64,000 nucleotides of DNA from Nemertoderma westbladi (taxonomy: Eukaryota > Animalia > Xenacoelomorpha). The position numbers and the translations under genes were made by a program. Every line of letters begins with the position of its first letter. Position 1 is the stretch's first letter. Positions 61,578 through 64,000 of the stretch are shown here, piece by piece. The DNA is taken from the NCBI GenBank assembly GCA_032718475.1, contig JAUCBJ010008242.1, positions 62,001-126,000 on the forward strand, read 5' to 3'. Below the pieces are notes generated by a model. It made no database searches and was not told where the DNA came from. It was given only the letters and a program-made list of their open reading frames with translations.

Positions 61578-62795
61578 TAACAACATATTTAATTCCTTTG
61601 ATCCTCGCGACATACAGAACGGTTTAGACGTAATATTATATCACTGGTGTAATCAAAACGGTATGGAACTAAATCTGAACAAACCAAATATGATAAAGTT
61701 CAGGAAAGGTGGCCCGGTGTACAGTACAAGCTGAGATAACACCAGTGACTCCCCAAACATCTCAGCCTAGGCTGAGAACACTCCCCTTAGGATGATATGA
61801 CTCCCCTTAGGCTGAGATGACTCCCCTTAGGCTGATATGACTCCCCTAATGGAGTTATAATTCATATACGTACCTGTGTTATTTTTGTAAATTGCAAAAA
61901 TAAGACCGTAACTTATGTTATTGAGATATCGTTTGTTGTTTTGGTTAGAAAAGCCCGAAACGGTAACCTGCCCCTTTCTTTTAATTAAGTAATCTATTGA
62001 GAAAACTGGAGAGTGTTCTCAGCCTAGGCTGAGAAAACTGGGGAGACATATTTGGTGGGGAGTTATCTCAGCCTGTTACACCGGCTCGCCAACTCTGATA
62101 AATTTTATTATGATGAGAATATCATTGAGATCTGCATAATGGATATGAATATTTAGGAGTGACTCTCCAACCCACATTAAGCTTCACCAAACATACAATG
62201 CGGAAAAAGCGAAAAGTGTTTGCTGCAATGGGATGCCTTTCGAATCAACATCTTTTATTAGTTGATACGGGAATGAAAATCTTCCATATGCAATTCTACC
62301 CCCTTGTGACATACGCCTTCCCTGTCATAGAAAAATTTCTAACCGTAAACCAGTTAAAAGAACTCGACATAATTAAAGCAAGATTTGTTAAACGCCTGCT
62401 AGGTACAGACAATACAGGCGAGAGCGTGATGATAATTTTATAAACCAGGGCTTCTTAAAGGACCGGCGTTTATAAATTACTCTTGGAAAGGAGCTCTCCA
62501 ACAGATCCGCTATATCATAACTAGAACTACGGCCCATGATTGGCACTCCAACTTATTCACAAACTCTGAACCATTCCACAGGCGATCAGATCAGTGTTTA
62601 TGCAGCTTTTGCCGCGGCTCAGCCCATCACCTGTACCACGTGCTAGACTGCCCCAACCGTCCCTCTTTAAAATCTTTATCGAATTCAGTGATATTTTAAA
62701 TTACCTATGTTGTTTTAATTTAAATTTTATTTATAACGATTAAACACTCATTTACCCCCATCATGGGGTGTATTATACTGTATGTTTAAAAAAAA
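61578..62795 (+). mobile_element. 5'-truncated LINE (related to the element at 2344-3307) with A-tail
   Basis: WCNQNGMELNL, KFRKGG..LANSDKFYY, YEYLGVTLQPTLSF, LKELDIIKARF parallel the 2.3-3.3 kb element; A-run at 62788-62796; flanked by ~48-bp direct repeats. Confidence 0.8.
61718..62080. mobile_element. Non-autonomous DNA transposon with TGT...ACA ends and CCGG TSD (Ginger1-like)
   Basis: CCGG|TGTA...gctgagataac...ctcccc and ggggagttatctcagcctgtTACA|CCGG; internal palindrome ctcagcctaggctgag on both sides; interrupts the LINE frame. Confidence 0.7.
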
Positions 62796-63211
62796 ATTAT
62801 TGAGCACTGGAATAACATTGAAATTAACAAAAATAACAACATAGCAAGAGAGCAGAGACAATAGGTAGATGGTAGTCGATAAGGAGATGGTAGTCGCACA
62901 TGATGATAAAGTAAAGAATGGCAATTTTACTGTTACTTATGTACAGTGGTTACCAGTTACGTTACCCTAGACGGGAAATCGAATCCTTATTATTTCATTC
63001 CATCCTGTACCTAAAAGAAGAACTGAACAGTTTGACGAAGGACAGTTTGAAATCTAGTCCATAGTCCATACGACCAATAAATGCAACTAGCAACCCCCCC
63101 CCCCCCCCCCCCCCCCCCTCGGGTTAGGTATTGGTCATTGAAACGAAATAGTTGGGCCGGTAGTCCAGGGATAGAGGGAACCAATGTCGAAAATATTCAT
63201 TCCTGAATCCA

Positions 63212-63452
63212 GAACATACTTCACCGGAGAACATACTTCACCGGATAACATACTTCACCGGAGAACATACTTCACCGGAGAACATACTTCACCGGATAAC
63301 ATACTTCACCGGAGAACACTTCACCGGAGAACATACTTCACCGGAGAACACTTCACCGGAGAACATACTTCACCGGAGAACACTTCACCGGAGAACATAC
63401 TTCACCGGAGAACATACTTCACCGGAGAACACTTCACCGGATAACATACTTC
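63212..63452. repeat. 15-17-bp minisatellite (gagaacatacttcaccg)n
   Basis: About 14 near-perfect copies. Confidence 0.95.
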
Positions 63453-64000
63453 CCTCTGATTCTATCAATACAATAGTGCATTGGTATACAATACATGGTA
63501 CCGCACATTACTAACTCATAAGTGTATAAATTTTTTGTAGAATTAAAAGTACTGAAAATCCCGGCTGGATATAAGGTGTCCCATAGAAATACAGCCTACA
63601 TACAATTTGAAATCTATTTCATGAAAATAACCTAAATTTAAAATACCAAGCTGCAAAAAGGCAATTTTTAGAAATACAATTACACTTGACTTACAGGTAT
63701 AACATGAAATTCAAATATATATAGGGCTATATGATGTATAATTGACCTCGCTGTCTAATATTTAATTAAAATAAAACATTAGCGAAAAATTTGAGTTAAA
63801 ATTAAGCACCGGTACATTTCCATGCAATAAATAGTTATTATTACCGTATTACAATTAATTAATTAATATTTTTCAATACTTCCTTCCTTTGAAAGTTGTT
63901 TTGAAGTACCGTATTATCTTATTTACGTTTAAACTGTGTGACATTCTGTATTCTGTGTGACCACATTTACATTTACATTTTGAATTAGATTTATGTAAAA

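Noticed and set aside
63184-63444. 86-aa repetitive ORF
   Set aside because: Product of a 15-17-bp minisatellite whose period is mostly not a multiple of 3

Overview
AT-rich animal (invertebrate-type) genomic DNA. Positions 1-43 kb are a nest of retroelements. A minus-strand LINE is split inside its RT motif (QGDSL|SP) by a 29-kb plus-strand BEL/Pao LTR retrotransposon (3308-32362, 1175-bp LTRs, GATAG TSD). That element's RT is in turn split by a second, minus-strand BEL/Pao element (10707-24619) and by a short retroposed fragment. An RTE-like LINE fragment and a Mag-like Gypsy element (36297-41532) follow. Positions 43-64 kb hold host genes: an intronless RRM+CCHC (lark/RBM4-like) gene, a 4-exon SLC35A-type nucleotide-sugar transporter and a 2-exon DUS3L, plus several MITEs. 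Main findings: (1) the inner BEL element carries, in the env position, an ~808-aa accessory ORF combining a WRN/EXD/RNase D-like DEDD 3'-5' exonuclease with three CCHC zinc knuckles, broken by one 7-bp duplication; (2) neither BEL element has a TGG tRNA primer-binding site, and in both the sequence at that position is complementary to a site in the element's own LTR, suggesting self-priming; (3) a 5.9-kb intronic satellite is about 100 tandem copies of the transporter gene's own exon-3 splice donor; (4) the DNA is peppered with what look like DNA-transposon excision footprints. All family assignments come from motif recognition by eye; no database search was run.
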